NCBI RefSeq assembly: GCF_048593235.1
Contig: NC_133617.1
Location: 748,196,958 to 748,260,957 of the forward strand
DNA: 64,000 nt
Direction of reading: 5' to 3'
Origin: Sminthopsis crassicaudata
Taxonomy: Eukaryota
The position numbers and the translations under genes were made by a program. The notes beneath the pieces were generated by a model. That model was not told where the DNA came from, did not search any database, and saw nothing but the letters and a program-made list of their open reading frames with translations. The number at the start of each line of letters is the position of its first letter. Positions within the stretch are counted from its first letter, which is position 1. This document shows positions 20,951 to 32,399 of this stretch, piece by piece.

Positions 20951-23900
20951 GTTTCTGAAGCCCTACTGTGTGCTGGAAACGCCGAGGCAGAAGGGAGCCC
21001 TACTGGGTGCTGGGGATGGAAGGGAAGTCCTACTGGGTGCTGAGTGCTAGCTGGACAGGCCTGAAGTCCTACTGGGAGATGGGAACTCAGGGACAAAAGG
21101 GAGCCCTACTGGGTGTTGATGTGAAGCCCCGCTGGATGCTGGGAGGAGCAGAAGTGAAGCTCACTGGGTTCTGGGGACAGACGTGAAGTCCTCCTGGATG
21201 CTGGGGACTCAGGGACAGAAGGGAGCCCTACTGTGTGCTGGGGACTCAGGGACAGAAGGGAGCCCTACTGTGTGCTGGGGACTCAGGGACAGAAGGGAGC
21301 CCTACTGTGTGCTGGGGACTCAGGGACAGAAGGGAGCCCTACTGTGTGCTGGGGACTCAGGGATAGAAGGGAGCCCTACTGTGTGCTGGGAACTCCAAGA
21401 CAGAAGGGAGCCCTACTGTGTGCTGGGAACTCCAAGGAGAAGGGAGCCCTACTGTGTGCTGGAAACTCCGAGGAAAAGGGAGCCCTACTGTGTGCTGGGA
21501 ACTCTGAGGAGAAGGGAGCCCTACTGTGTGCTGGGAACTCTGAGGAGAAGGGAGCCCTACTGTGTGCTGGGAACTCTGAGGAGAAGGGAGCCCTACTGTG
21601 TGCTGGGAACTCTGAGGAGAAGGGAGCCCTACTGTGTGCTGGGAACTCTGAGGAGAAAGGAGCCCTACTGTGTGCTGGGAACTCTGAGGAGAAAGGAGCC
21701 CTACTGTGTGCTGGGAACTCTGAGGAGAAGGGAGCCCTACTGTGTGCTGGGAACTCTGAGGAGAAAGGAGCCCTACTGTGTGCTGGGAACTCTGAGGAGA
21801 AAGGAGCCCTAATGGGTGGGAGTGCAGCCCTGCTAGGGACTGGGGAGCCTGGTGGAGGGGAGAGGACCCCGAGGGAGCCCCAGCCGACAAGAGAAGGCTC
21901 TGGAATGCTCAGGAGTGACTTCCTGCCGGAGTGGGCGGGGGTCAGGAGGAGCCGTCCAGGCCGGGGCCAGGGTTGGTGCTGGCGCTTCTGGCCCTAGAGG
22001 CCGGTGTCCCGCCGTCCCCTCCTCTGTCCTTTGGCCCCTAAGGTCATTGGGCCGATTGCCCCTCTCCCCATGGCAGGGTTTTTATGAGACCCGCGGTGTT
22101 CCCGAGGGCACCGGCCTGTCCGAGGCTTGGCGAATGCAGAGAGAAGCCCCGGCGTCTGTGGTCCCCTCCCTGACCGTGCCCCCTCCCCAACCGGGCCCCC
22201 TCCCCGACCGTGCCCCCTCCCCGACCGTGCCCCCTCCCCGACCGTGCCCCCTCCCCGACCGTGCCCCCTCCCCGACCGTGCCCCCTCCCCGACCGTGCCC
22301 CCTCCCTGACCGTGCCCCCTCCCCTGACCGTGCCCCCTCCCCTGACCGTGCCCCCTCCCTGACCGTGCCCCCTCCCTGACCGTGCCCCCTCCCCTGACCG
22401 TGCCCCCTCCCTGACCGTGCCCCCTCCCCGACCGTGCCCCCTCCCTGACTGTGCCCCCTCCCCTGACCGTGCCCCCTCCCTGACCATGCCCCCTCCCTGA
22501 CCGTGCCCCCTCCCCTGACCGTGCCCCCTCCCCGACCGTGCCCCCTCCCTGACCGTGCCCCCTCCCCTGACCGTGCCCCCTCCCTGACCGTGCCCCCTCC
22601 CTGACTGTGCCCCCTCCCCTGACCGTGCCCCCTCCCCGACCGTGCCCCCTCCCTGACCGTGCCCCCTCCCCTGACCGTGCCCCCTCCCTGACCGTGCCCC
22701 CTCCCCGACCGTGCCCCCTCCCCTGACCGTGCCCCCTCCCTGACTGTGCCCCCTCCCTGACCGTGCCCCCTCCCCTGACCGTGCCCCCTCCCCGACCGTG
22801 CCCCCTCCCTGACCGTGCCCCCTCCCTGACCGTGCCCCCTCCCTGACTGTGCCCCCTCCCCTGACCGTGCCCCCTCCCTGACCGTGCCCCCTCCCTGACC
22901 GTGCCCCCTCCCCGACCGTGCCCCCTCCCCGACCGTGCCCCCTCCCCGACCGTGCCCCCTCCCCGACCGTGCCCCCTCCCTGACCGTGCCCCCTCCCTGA
23001 CCGTGCCCCCTCCCCGACCGTGCCCCCTCCCCTGACCGTGCCCCCTCCCTGACCGTGCCCCCTCCCCGACCGTGCCCCCTCCCCGACCGTGCCCCCTCCC
23101 TGACCATGGCCCCTCCCTGACCGTGCCCCCTCCCTGACTGTGCCCCCTCCCTGACCGTGCCCCCTCCCTGACCGTGTCCCCTCTGCAGCAAATTCAAAGC
23201 AACTTCATCGTGGTGATCCACCCCGGCTCCACCACTCTGAGGATGGGCCGCGCCACCGACACGCTCCCGGTCAGCGTGCCGCACGTCATCGCCCGCAGGC
23301 ACAAGCAGCAGGGCCAGCCCCCGTACAAGGACAGCTGGCTGCTCCGCGAGGGGCTCAACGTGAGTGCGGCCGCTTTGGTTCTAATCTTACTTAGTGGGTT
23401 CAGTCTATTTCTCTCCCACCGCCCCCAACATGAGGAAAAGTGAAAGGGGAGAAGCGGGAGACAAAGTAAGAGACGAGCTTGGTCAGGGGCTCCCTGTGGG
23501 ACCCCGGAGCGGGGAGCCGGCCTGGCTCTGCGGGCTCCCGCCCGGCCCCTCCCTCCACGCCTGAGCCGCACTCCGGCTGCCCGGGGAGGGGTTTCACGCG
23601 GAGCCTCGATCCCAGCGCGTCCTTCGGGCGTCCCTCAGAGCAGGCTGCCCGACGTGCGGGGCGGGAGGGTTCTAGACGCTCTCAGTGTGACGGCGCCCAC
23701 AGATCGAGGGACAAGGTCAGGGTCCCCAAGGGCACCGGGCAGAGTCAGCTCGGCGCCGACGTCTCAAAAACGAGGAGTTCTCCGGGTCGGGGAGGGCCAC
23801 GGGGCGGGCTCCGGGCGGTCAGTGACCGATCCTGGTTTTTACTGCAGACGCTCAGGATCCCTCGGCGGGCGGGCAGGGGCTTGTCCTGGGGTCCCTTAGC

Positions 23901-26900
23901 GCAGGTTTGAAGGAGGCTCCCTGCCGGGGGCCTCCCACTGTGAGCGCAGCGCTTTGTCCGTCCCCAGTCTCAGAGCTCACGTCCCGGCCGGGAGCCCCGG
24001 CAGAGCGCACGGGGCCGGGCAGGAGCAGTGGGCTCCGGGCCAGCTGGGGCCCGACTGGCAAACAAGCCAGAGGGCATGGCAGGAGCCCGCTTCCTGAACA
24101 GTGACCCCCTCCCCTCCTCACTCCCGGATCCCGCGCACGGGCAGTGAGGCGTCTGGAGGACGGCGTGCCAGTTTGTTCTTTGTTCCGTCCAGAAGCCTGA
24201 AAGCACCGAGCAGAGACAGAACGGTCTAAAGATGGTGGACCAGGCGATATGGTCCAAGAAGATGTCAAACGGCGCGCGAAGGATCCCGGTGTCCCCGGAC
24301 CAGGTGAGGCTCGATGACCCCCGCGTGGGAACGAGCGAGCGAGTGACGGGGGAGGCGTGGCAGGCCGTGACCACCAGCCCCGGGGGGCACCGGGAGGGCC
24401 TCCCTGCTCCCGAGGGGTCTCCCGCTAATTGGGGGAGGCAGCGAGGCCGGCTCTAGGGCAGAAGGCTTCCTTACAGGGCAGCAGCAGGGCAGGTGGGCTT
24501 AGGGCATGGGAGTGACCACCGTGAGAAGGTGGTGGGCGTCCGGCCCAGAAGGGAGCTCCCCTGAGGGACGCGGCCCACCCCCTTCCCCTGTGCTGGGCGA
24601 GGACGGACACTGGGCGTGCCCACACCTGGCAGGGGGCAGACTCCGTCGTTCCATTCCAGCCTCTCCCCTCGGCAGGGGGTCTTTCTTTGGTTCCCAGACG
24701 CGTGGGCCGGTGGGCATTCAGGCAGTGGGCCTCTCTGTGCTGGATTGCACAAAGGAGCCCCTTTTACTCGTCCTTCTGTGTTACCCCCAAGGGCAGGAAG
24801 GCGTCACGGCCGCGCCCGCTACCTGTGGCGTCCGGGCTGGGACCTCGCGGTGACTGCTCAGACGAGAAAGTCCCGGGAAGGCCCATTGGTGGGCCGAGAA
24901 AATCCCCGGGGCTCTGCCCCTTCGTCCGGGGCCTTTGGCCAGGACTCCTCCTCCTCCTGGGCCGCCGGAGAGGAGACAAGAGGGTCTGACTTTCACGTGT
25001 AAACTGAAATCGCTTTCTGGAACTCCCAGGCTCGATCCTACAACAAGCAGATGCGGCCGGCGATTCTCGACCACTGCTCCGGAAACAAGTGGACGAACAC
25101 TTCCCATCACCCGGAGCACCTGATAGGAGAAGAGGTGGGTGAGGTCTCCGCATTGTAATTAGTGGGCGGTGGCATGGGGGAAGGAGAATGCTTCCTCCTC
25201 CTGGGGGCCTGGTGCCAATGCTCGCCTCCCGGCGGTCCCTGCCCCTGCTTGTGGTCGCTGCCGCTCAGACCGGCGCCTGAAGATCGTGCGCGGGATTCGG
25301 CGAGTGGGAGCGCGGGCCCCTGGGCACGCCGCCGCCAGCCCCGCCAGACGGAGGGCACGTTCCAGACTCGCTTTTGTCCCCAGGCTCTGTACGTCAATCC
25401 CCTGGACTGCTACAACATCCACTGGCCCATCCGCAGGGGCCAGTTAAACATCCACCCCGGACCGGGGGGCTCCCTCACGGCCGTCCTGGCGGACCTGGAA
25501 GCCATATGGTCCCACGTCATACAGAAATATTTGGAGATCCCCTTGAAAGACCTAAAGGTGAGTGAGGAGCCCCTTCTGTGCTTTAATTGAGAGTTCTGCG
25601 GGACAGAAGCCTGCCCGGCCTCCCCTCTGCCCCGGCAGCTGGCATCGGGGGCCGGCCCCCTTCCCCTCCCCCTGGCCGGAGCTGCCAGGGGGCTCCTTTT
25701 GTCTCCTTAGTCCCGAGGCACGCGCTCTCACGGGTTCCATGCGATTCATGTTTAAAGTCGTGATTCCCGGCTGCCTGCACAAAGCTCCTTTTGTCTCCTT
25801 AGTCCCGAGGCACGCGCTCTCACGGGTTCCATGCGATTCATGTTTAAAGTCGTGATTCCCGGCTGCCTGCACAAAGCCCCGGGGGCCGTGCCCGGCCCGT
25901 CCTGGGAGCCCCGGGGGCCGTGCCCGGCCCGTGCTGGGAGCCCCGGGGGCCGTGCCCGGCCCGTCCTGGGAGCCCCGGGGGCCGTGCCCGGCCCGTCCTG
26001 GGAGCCCCGGGGGCCGTGCCCGGCCCGTCCTGGGAGCCCCGGGGACGACCTCCTCCCTCTGCTCTCCAGTACTACAGGTGCATCCTGTTAATCCCTGACA
26101 TTTACAACAAGCAGCACGTGAAGGAGATGGTGAACATGACCCTCATGAAGATGGGCTTCTCAGGTAGAAGGCTTGTGGGAGCGACTGAGGATTTGGAGGG
26201 AGGACTGAGTCCGGGTCAAGCTCCGGGACACAAGAGGGGAGGAGTGGGCTTCTGTGGGCCACAATGGGGCCCCGGGCTCCTCCTCCGGCCCCAGGGCTAG
26301 GGGCTGGGCCTGCGGACTCGGGGTCAGACCTGCAGACTCGGGGCCTGGCAGTGACCGCTCTCTGCAGGCATCGTGGTCCACCAGGAGTCGGTGTGCGCCA
26401 CTTTCGGGAGCGGCTTGGGCAGCGCCTGCATCGTGGATGTGGGCGACCAGAAGACCAGCGTGTGCTGTGTGGAAGACGGCGTCTCCCATCGCAACACCCG
26501 GTGAGGGGCCGGAGGCGGGCCCGAGGGTGGGTCTTCGGGGCCTGTGGTTCCCGTTCACACTCTGACCCTCAGAGCCTGAGTCTTGTGAGGCCCCTGGCAG
26601 AGCGTGATGGGCGGAACGAGGTTCTCCGAGGAGGGGCGGGAGACCCGTCTGGGCCCAGACCTGCCCTCGGCTGGCGGCTTCCTGGAGGATGCAGGGCTCC
26701 TGAGGGCCGCCATGACCGGGCGCTGGAGGAGGAGCTCAGGGAGCACGGAGGCTGCACCAGGTCAGCTGTAAGAGGGACACAGTCCCTCACTTGGGGCTGA
26801 CCCAGCTCCCTCTGGACAAAGAAACCCAGATGGCAACAGAGGGCCCATGCACGAGAGCTGGTGCTGGCCCATGAGCAGGACGCAGAGCGGAGGTGCCCAG

Positions 26901-29900
26901 CCAGTGGTCTCCCTTTCGTAGCTCGCCTTGGCGGCAATGACGTAACCTCCCTGCGGACGCCAGGCAGGCCCCTGAGGAGCTCCTCACGCTGGGAGACCCC
27001 CGGGGGCCCTTGCTCGCCCCTTGCTCGCCCCTTGCTCCGGCTCCTCCCCGCCCTAGGAGTACAAGTGAACAACTTCAGCCCTGGGGGGCCGGGCCAGGCC
27101 GGCCTGTGGGCCCTCCCCGCCCCTGTCCTTTGGGCTGCTGGGGACTGTTCGGCCCCGTCGGCTCCGGCTCCCCAAAACGCCGATCCGTCTTCCTTTAGGC
27201 TTTGTCTCGCCTACGGGGGCTCCGACGTGTCCCGGTGTTTTTACTGGCTCATGCAGCGCGCCGGCTTCCCCTACAGAGACTGCCAGCTCACCAACAAGAT
27301 GGACTGCCTCCTGCTGCAGCACCTCAAAGAGACCTTTTGTCACCTGGACCAGGTAGGGGCTGAGCCTCGGGGAGCACAGACACCATCCTCCCGAGCCCAC
27401 CACCCCTCCACGCCCTGCCCTCCCCCGCCCCACTGGCTGATTGACATGATGGGGGCAGGGAAAGACAGACGCCTCCTGCAGCTTTTCCACGTCCTGGTTT
27501 TCTCCACGGCCCAGGACATCTCCGGCCTCCAGGACCACGAGTTTCAGATCCGACACCCGGACTCCCCGGCTTTGCTTTACCAGTTCCGGCTCGGAGACGA
27601 GAAGCTGCAGGTAACTGGGCCCGGGGACGTGCCCTTGTTCCGGGGCCGCGGGCAGAGCAGGGCCCCTTCCCGGGCTGGAAGCACAGTGGGGCCCACTCCG
27701 GCCCCTGGGCCCGTTCCCTCATTTGTAGACTGAGGTTCTTCCCCTTGTGTCACCCGGTGACGTCCGAAGAAGTCCGGGCCCTGCCCCGGAAGGGGTTCTA
27801 AGGACATGAAACGTGGTGCTCAGGGTCCCGAGCGGGACTGGTCACGTTCCAACACCCGAGAATTGAGACTAAACGTTCTTGTGCAGCCCCCTCCCCGTGG
27901 GGGAGGGGGGGGCGCCAGGGTCGGGACCCCAGCCAAGGCAGCCACCGAGACCTGGCGCTCCCAGGTGCCGGGCCCTGCGCCGACCACTTTGTGAACCTCA
28001 TCCCATCGGACCCTTAAAAGGCGCCACCATCGTGCCCGTGTTACAGATGGGGAAACTGAGGCGCCCGGCCTCGTGGGGAGGGGCCTGGGCTCACGGGCCT
28101 CAGGCTGGCCACGGCCGTGCTGGATGAGGGTCCAGTTGTTCATAGGATGGGGGGGGGGGTGCGGTGCAGAGGGTCACCAGGGGCCCGAGGGGTCAGTGTG
28201 GCCGGGAGGCGCCCCTCGGAGTGCCCTTCCTCCTCTCCTTCACACGCAGGCACCGATGGCTCTGTTTTACCCCGCGACCTTCGGCATCGTCGGCCAGAAA
28301 ATGACGACGCTGCCCCAGAGATCGCAGGGCGACCCCGAGGACCCTCACGACGAGCATTACCTGTTAGCCACGCAGAGCAAGCAGGAGCAGGTCGGTCCCG
28401 GGGGCAGGGGCCACCTGCGGGGCTCGGGGGTCCCCGTGTGCCCAGAGACTCTGTGGACAGGGGACGGCCCGTAAGGCCGCAGTGAGCCCAAAGATGATCT
28501 GGAGGTTTAAGTGGACTGCACCCAAACAGTCTGCCTCCGGAGTGGCTGAGGGCCCGTCCTCCCCCTGGACAGAATAACCTGGGCCAAACTTTATGGACAA
28601 AGACCCTGTGAGGTGGACGTTACCCGGGGGGGCTCCAGCTCACATCGGGGGGCAGGGAATTGGGGGAGCTGTGTTCTAGGATGGGGGCCTGCCTGGTGGG
28701 GGAGGGGCAGCTCAGGTCGGGCCTCTGCTCCCTGACATGGGAAGGGAGGAGGGAAAGCAGCAGAGATGGCCGGGCTTGGTCCTGAAGCAGGGGCTGCTAA
28801 TGTCCCCGTTATGCTGAGGGGGAAGCTGAGGCCGACAGGTTAGGGCCTCCCAGCTAGGGAGTGTCAGACTGCCTGTGACCCTCCGTGCCCCTCCCCCTCA
28901 CACTCCCGGGCCTCCTCGGCCGCTCACCCCGCCCCTTCTTGTCCCCCGAAGTCCTCCAAAGCGACGGCCGACCGCAAGTCCCTGGCCAAGCCCGGCGGCT
29001 TCGACAGCGAGCTGCGCGGCCCGTCCTCGGACCTGCCCGAGAGGCTGCACGCGCAGGAAGTGGAGCTGGGGCCGTCCCAGAGCGACTGCCTGATGGCGGG
29101 CAACGAGTCCGAGGAGGCGCCCACGGCCCTGATGTCCAGGAAGAGCGCCGCCTCCCAGTTCGAAGGGAAGGCGCTGGGCCTGGACAAGGCCATCCTGCAC
29201 AGCATCGACTGCTGCGGTGAGGGGGCGCGGCGGGGCTGGGGGCGGGGGGCGGCCCAGCACACTGAGGGGGGAGAGGCGGGGCCAGCGGCCTGAAGCAGGG
29301 GCTCTCCCTCCTTCCAGCCTCGGACGACACCAAGAAGAAGATGTACAGCTCCATCCTGGTGGTGGGGGGCGGCCTGATGTTCCACAAAGCCCAGGAGTTT
29401 CTGCAGCACCGGATCCTCAACAAGATGCCGCCCTCCTTCAGGAGGGTCGTGGAGAACGTCGACGTCATCACCAGGCCGAAGGTAACGCCCGCCACTGCGG
29501 CCCCGCTCGTCCCGAGGGGAAACTGAGGCTCGGGGCCTGCCCCCTTCGATGGTGAGCTCCTTAGGGTGGGAGTCGCTTCCTGGGGATCCTCCCTGCTTGG
29601 CCACAGAAAGTGTAGACTGACTAACAGACCCTTAGGACGGGATGGGAGCTTGTGAGGGTCAGAGGCGGCTCACGGCCACCCTGGCGTGGTTCAAGCCCAT
29701 GGTCCTGAGGGCTGTAGTGGGGTTCCCAGGCCGGGGGATCCTCACTGGGGAGTCTAGGGAGAGGAGTGACCTCCTCATAGAGATGGAGCGAGAAGGGAGG
29801 ACGGAGACCCCGGCCATGGCCTGGCACCCCCCCCCCGCTGATCTCCCTCCGTGAGGCAGCGCCTCTTCTGCACAACTGGGGGCTGCAAACCCTGGAAATC

Positions 29901-30524
29901 ACCGGGTCCGGCCCCTCGTTGTGCAGGTGGAGAAACCGAGGCCCAGTGACATCTTAGATTTCAATCCTGGGGGCCATTTCTGCCCATTCCTCTGTGAGCG
30001 TGGCCCTGGCCCCCTCGCCGGCCCCTGGGGGCTGGCTGGGCTCTCCCCCATCCAGGTCAGGATCCTCGGCCTGCGTGAGGGGAGCACGATTCATGCCATC
30101 TGGAGAGCCGTGGGGTGGGCGGTGGCTCCTGTGCCCGGCTTCCTCTTGGCTTATGGCTTTCCTCTGCCCGTGCTGGCCGCCATGCTGCCTGGCAGGGTCT
30201 CACAATTAGGAACAAAAGTTGCAGAAAGAAAAGGATGAACAGGGGTTTCCCAGGAGCTTTGTCCCTCACGGGGGCTGGCCTGGCGAGCGCTGGTTCCTTC
30301 TGTTTGACTGGCAGAGCCGAGGCTCTTGCCCGAGCCCCCGGGGTGGGGGGTCTCACAGCTTGTCTCCCGTGTGCCCCCAGGACATGGACCCGCGCCTGAT
30401 TGCCTGGAAGGGCGGGGCCGTGCTGGCCTGCCTGGACACCACGCAGGAGCTGTGGGTCTACCAGCGGGAATGGCAGCGCTTCGGAGTCCGCATGCTGCGC
30501 GAGCGAGCCGCCTTCGTGTGGTGA
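20745..30524 (+). CDS. ACTR8: Actin-related protein 8 (INO80 complex subunit), 624 aa
   Basis: Exons 20745-20867, 23189-23359, 24193-24303, 25030-25134, 25384-25557, 26070-26163, 26368-26500, 27199-27352, 27515-27610, 28250-28390, 28952-29216, 29318-29481, 30381-30524 total 1875 nt. All GT-AG with consistent phases. MTQAEKGDPENGKEKGGEKEKEQRGVKRPIVPALVPESLQE...QRFGVRMLRERAAFVW matches mammalian ARP8. Confidence 0.98.
20958..21812. repeat. 36/37-bp minisatellite in ACTR8 intron 1
   Basis: Units ctactgtgtgctggggactcagggacagaagggagcc (37) and ctactgtgtgctgggaactctgaggagaagggagcc (36), with degenerate units at the 5' end. Confidence 0.95.
22166..23175. repeat. 18/19-bp C-rich VNTR (about 55 units) abutting the ACTR8 exon 2 acceptor
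   Basis: Tandem cc(c)tgaccgtgccccctcc and ccccgaccgtgccccctcc units. Confidence 0.97.
25692..25875. repeat. Perfect 92-bp tandem duplication in ACTR8 intron 5
   Basis: gctccttttgtctccttag...gctgcctgcacaaa starts at 25692 and again at 25784; no mismatch seen. Confidence 0.93.
25876..26044. repeat. 32-bp GC-rich minisatellite (about 5 units)
   Basis: gccccgggggccgtgcccggcccgtcctggga starting at 25876, 25908, 25940, 25972 and 26004, with a partial unit at 26036. Confidence 0.93.
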
Positions 30525-30691
30525 GCCCCGCGGGGGGCCGTGCCATCGGGGAGACTCGGGCCGCGCTTGTTCTCCTGATTGATCGGACCTTGTATCAGGG
30601 TTTTGTGGGCAGGGACCCGACGTTGGGCTTTCCGTGGAGGACGGAGCAGTGTCGGTTTTAGGGTGCAGCTTGTACATATGACCCACTTTGG

Positions 30692-30697
30692 AATAAA
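30692..30697 (+). terminator. Probable ACTR8 poly(A) signal
   Basis: AATAAA 168 nt after the stop, followed by GT/T-rich sequence. Confidence 0.6.
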
Positions 30698-32399
30698 CTA
30701 TGGGCTTTGTCTACTGCCTTGTGCCATTCTTTCTGCGCTTTAATAACAGAAATCCGGAGCCGTGGCCCCGAGTCCCTCATTTAGGGGGAATCCAGACTGG
30801 TCCCCAATGGCAGCTCCAGGAGGCGAGCAGTCCGCACTGGCCCCGGCCTCCCCTCCGTGACTCTCCGGGCCGGGCCCACTCGAGCCTCCGCTGCCATTCT
30901 CCTTTCCCACCTCCATTTGTAGACCAGTTTCCATTAACTGTACGTGGCTCTCGTGTGCTCCAGGGATGCTCCCTTTCATCCATTCACCCTCAGGGAAGGC
31001 GAACCTCCTCGAGCAGGGGCCCAGGGGGAGTCCTAAGGTGACAGAGAAGAGAGCCCGCTCCTGCCGGCCCTGGGAGCTGTCGGGTGCACTGTACCGGCCT
31101 CCAGGCGGCTGGGGGCTCTCAGCATGGTGCAGGAGCCCGAGCTCCAGGAGGGCAACCCCCCCAAGGGCGCCTTCGAGAACAAAGCCCCCAGAAAAGCCCT
31201 GAGCTTAGCCAAGAGGCCTGAGGGGGAACGGTTGGGGAATTTGCTGAGAAGGAAGGAGAGGCTGGGGGGAGGGGCTACCAAGACCCCCTCTCCCCCCCAG
31301 GCCCAAGGTTCTGTGACTGACAAAAAGTGCTGCCTTTTGTCTTGTCCCAAAGTGAATTGGGCATAAAAAAGCACTTAATATTTTTTGCATTTACGAGATT
31401 GGCACAGGTGCCCATGGATGTCTTGTGAATGACTTGAAGCAGTTGCTGCCCGTGGAGGGCAATGACCCAGAAGCCTTGGGAGCAGCCGTGAAGAAGCGGG
31501 GTCGGGCCCTGACGGAGAAGCTCCCCTGACCCTTGGAGCCTCCTAGCAGAGGCGCCTGCCCCGAGCTACTCGCGGCCTAGGCTCCAACGCCGGTCCTCCG
31601 GGGGCCCGAGACCTAAAGGCCAGCAGGATCTCGCCAACAGCGGCGTGTTTAGTGTCCAGTGACTTCCGTGTGGTGGAAATAACGTCCGTCAGTCGGCAGG
31701 TACTGACCTTGGCCTCCGTTCCAGGCACCAGGCGAAGTGCTAGGGGTACAGAAAGAGCTGCCCCCCCAGAACCCCCTCCCCCCCAGCTAATGGGGGAGGC
31801 CACAAGCAGCCGTGTATAGAACAAGTCCAGCTACATCTGCAGCCTGGTTTCTTTCCCTCTTAAAAAAGCTATTGAATTTCAAAATGAATTTTAAAAGAAA
31901 ACTTTTTATTGATAACTTTTAAAAACATGTCCTTCATTCCTGAAAGTACCCAGAGACCCAAATATAAGGAGTCAAGAATAATGAAAGAGCTCGGCAAATA
32001 AGCAGCCCCTCCCTTGCTTCTTCGGGGCCCAGCTTGGATGGGAAAGCTGCGGCCCTCTGGGCTTGGCCATCGTCGCGCCTTCCGCTGCTGTGTCGTTTCC
32101 CTGGTTCACCTTCCTCCCTTCTGCATCTGTCCAGGGGATTCTTTCGGGCTCCTCGGGTGCGGTCCTGCTTCACCACTTTTCGGGCTCCTGCTGCCTTGGC
32201 CATTCCCTGATCCTTGGGCGGCGACTCTGGTGCCACTTTTGTGCTTCTGCTGGCAGTGATCAGGACTTCACTGGTCTGTCAGCGCTGGGCAGCGGCAGCC
32301 CAACGGGGAGGGAGACAGGCACACTAGCCATGTTCTTAGCATCCTCCCCAGCTGCTCCTCAGAAAGGTTGACCTAATTTAAAGTTAATATTTGCCAGTT

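Noticed and set aside
21183-21997. 209- and 254-aa repetitive ORFs (EPYCVLGTLRRR)
   Set aside because: A 36-bp unit stays in frame by arithmetic; the region is intronic with no homology.
22082-23302. 406-aa Gly/Arg-rich minus-strand ORF
   Set aside because: Translation of the stop-free G-rich strand of the VNTR, antisense to ACTR8.
31934-32236. 100-aa basic ORF between ACTR8 and IL17RB
   Set aside because: No recognisable domain, splice structure or retrocopy hallmarks.
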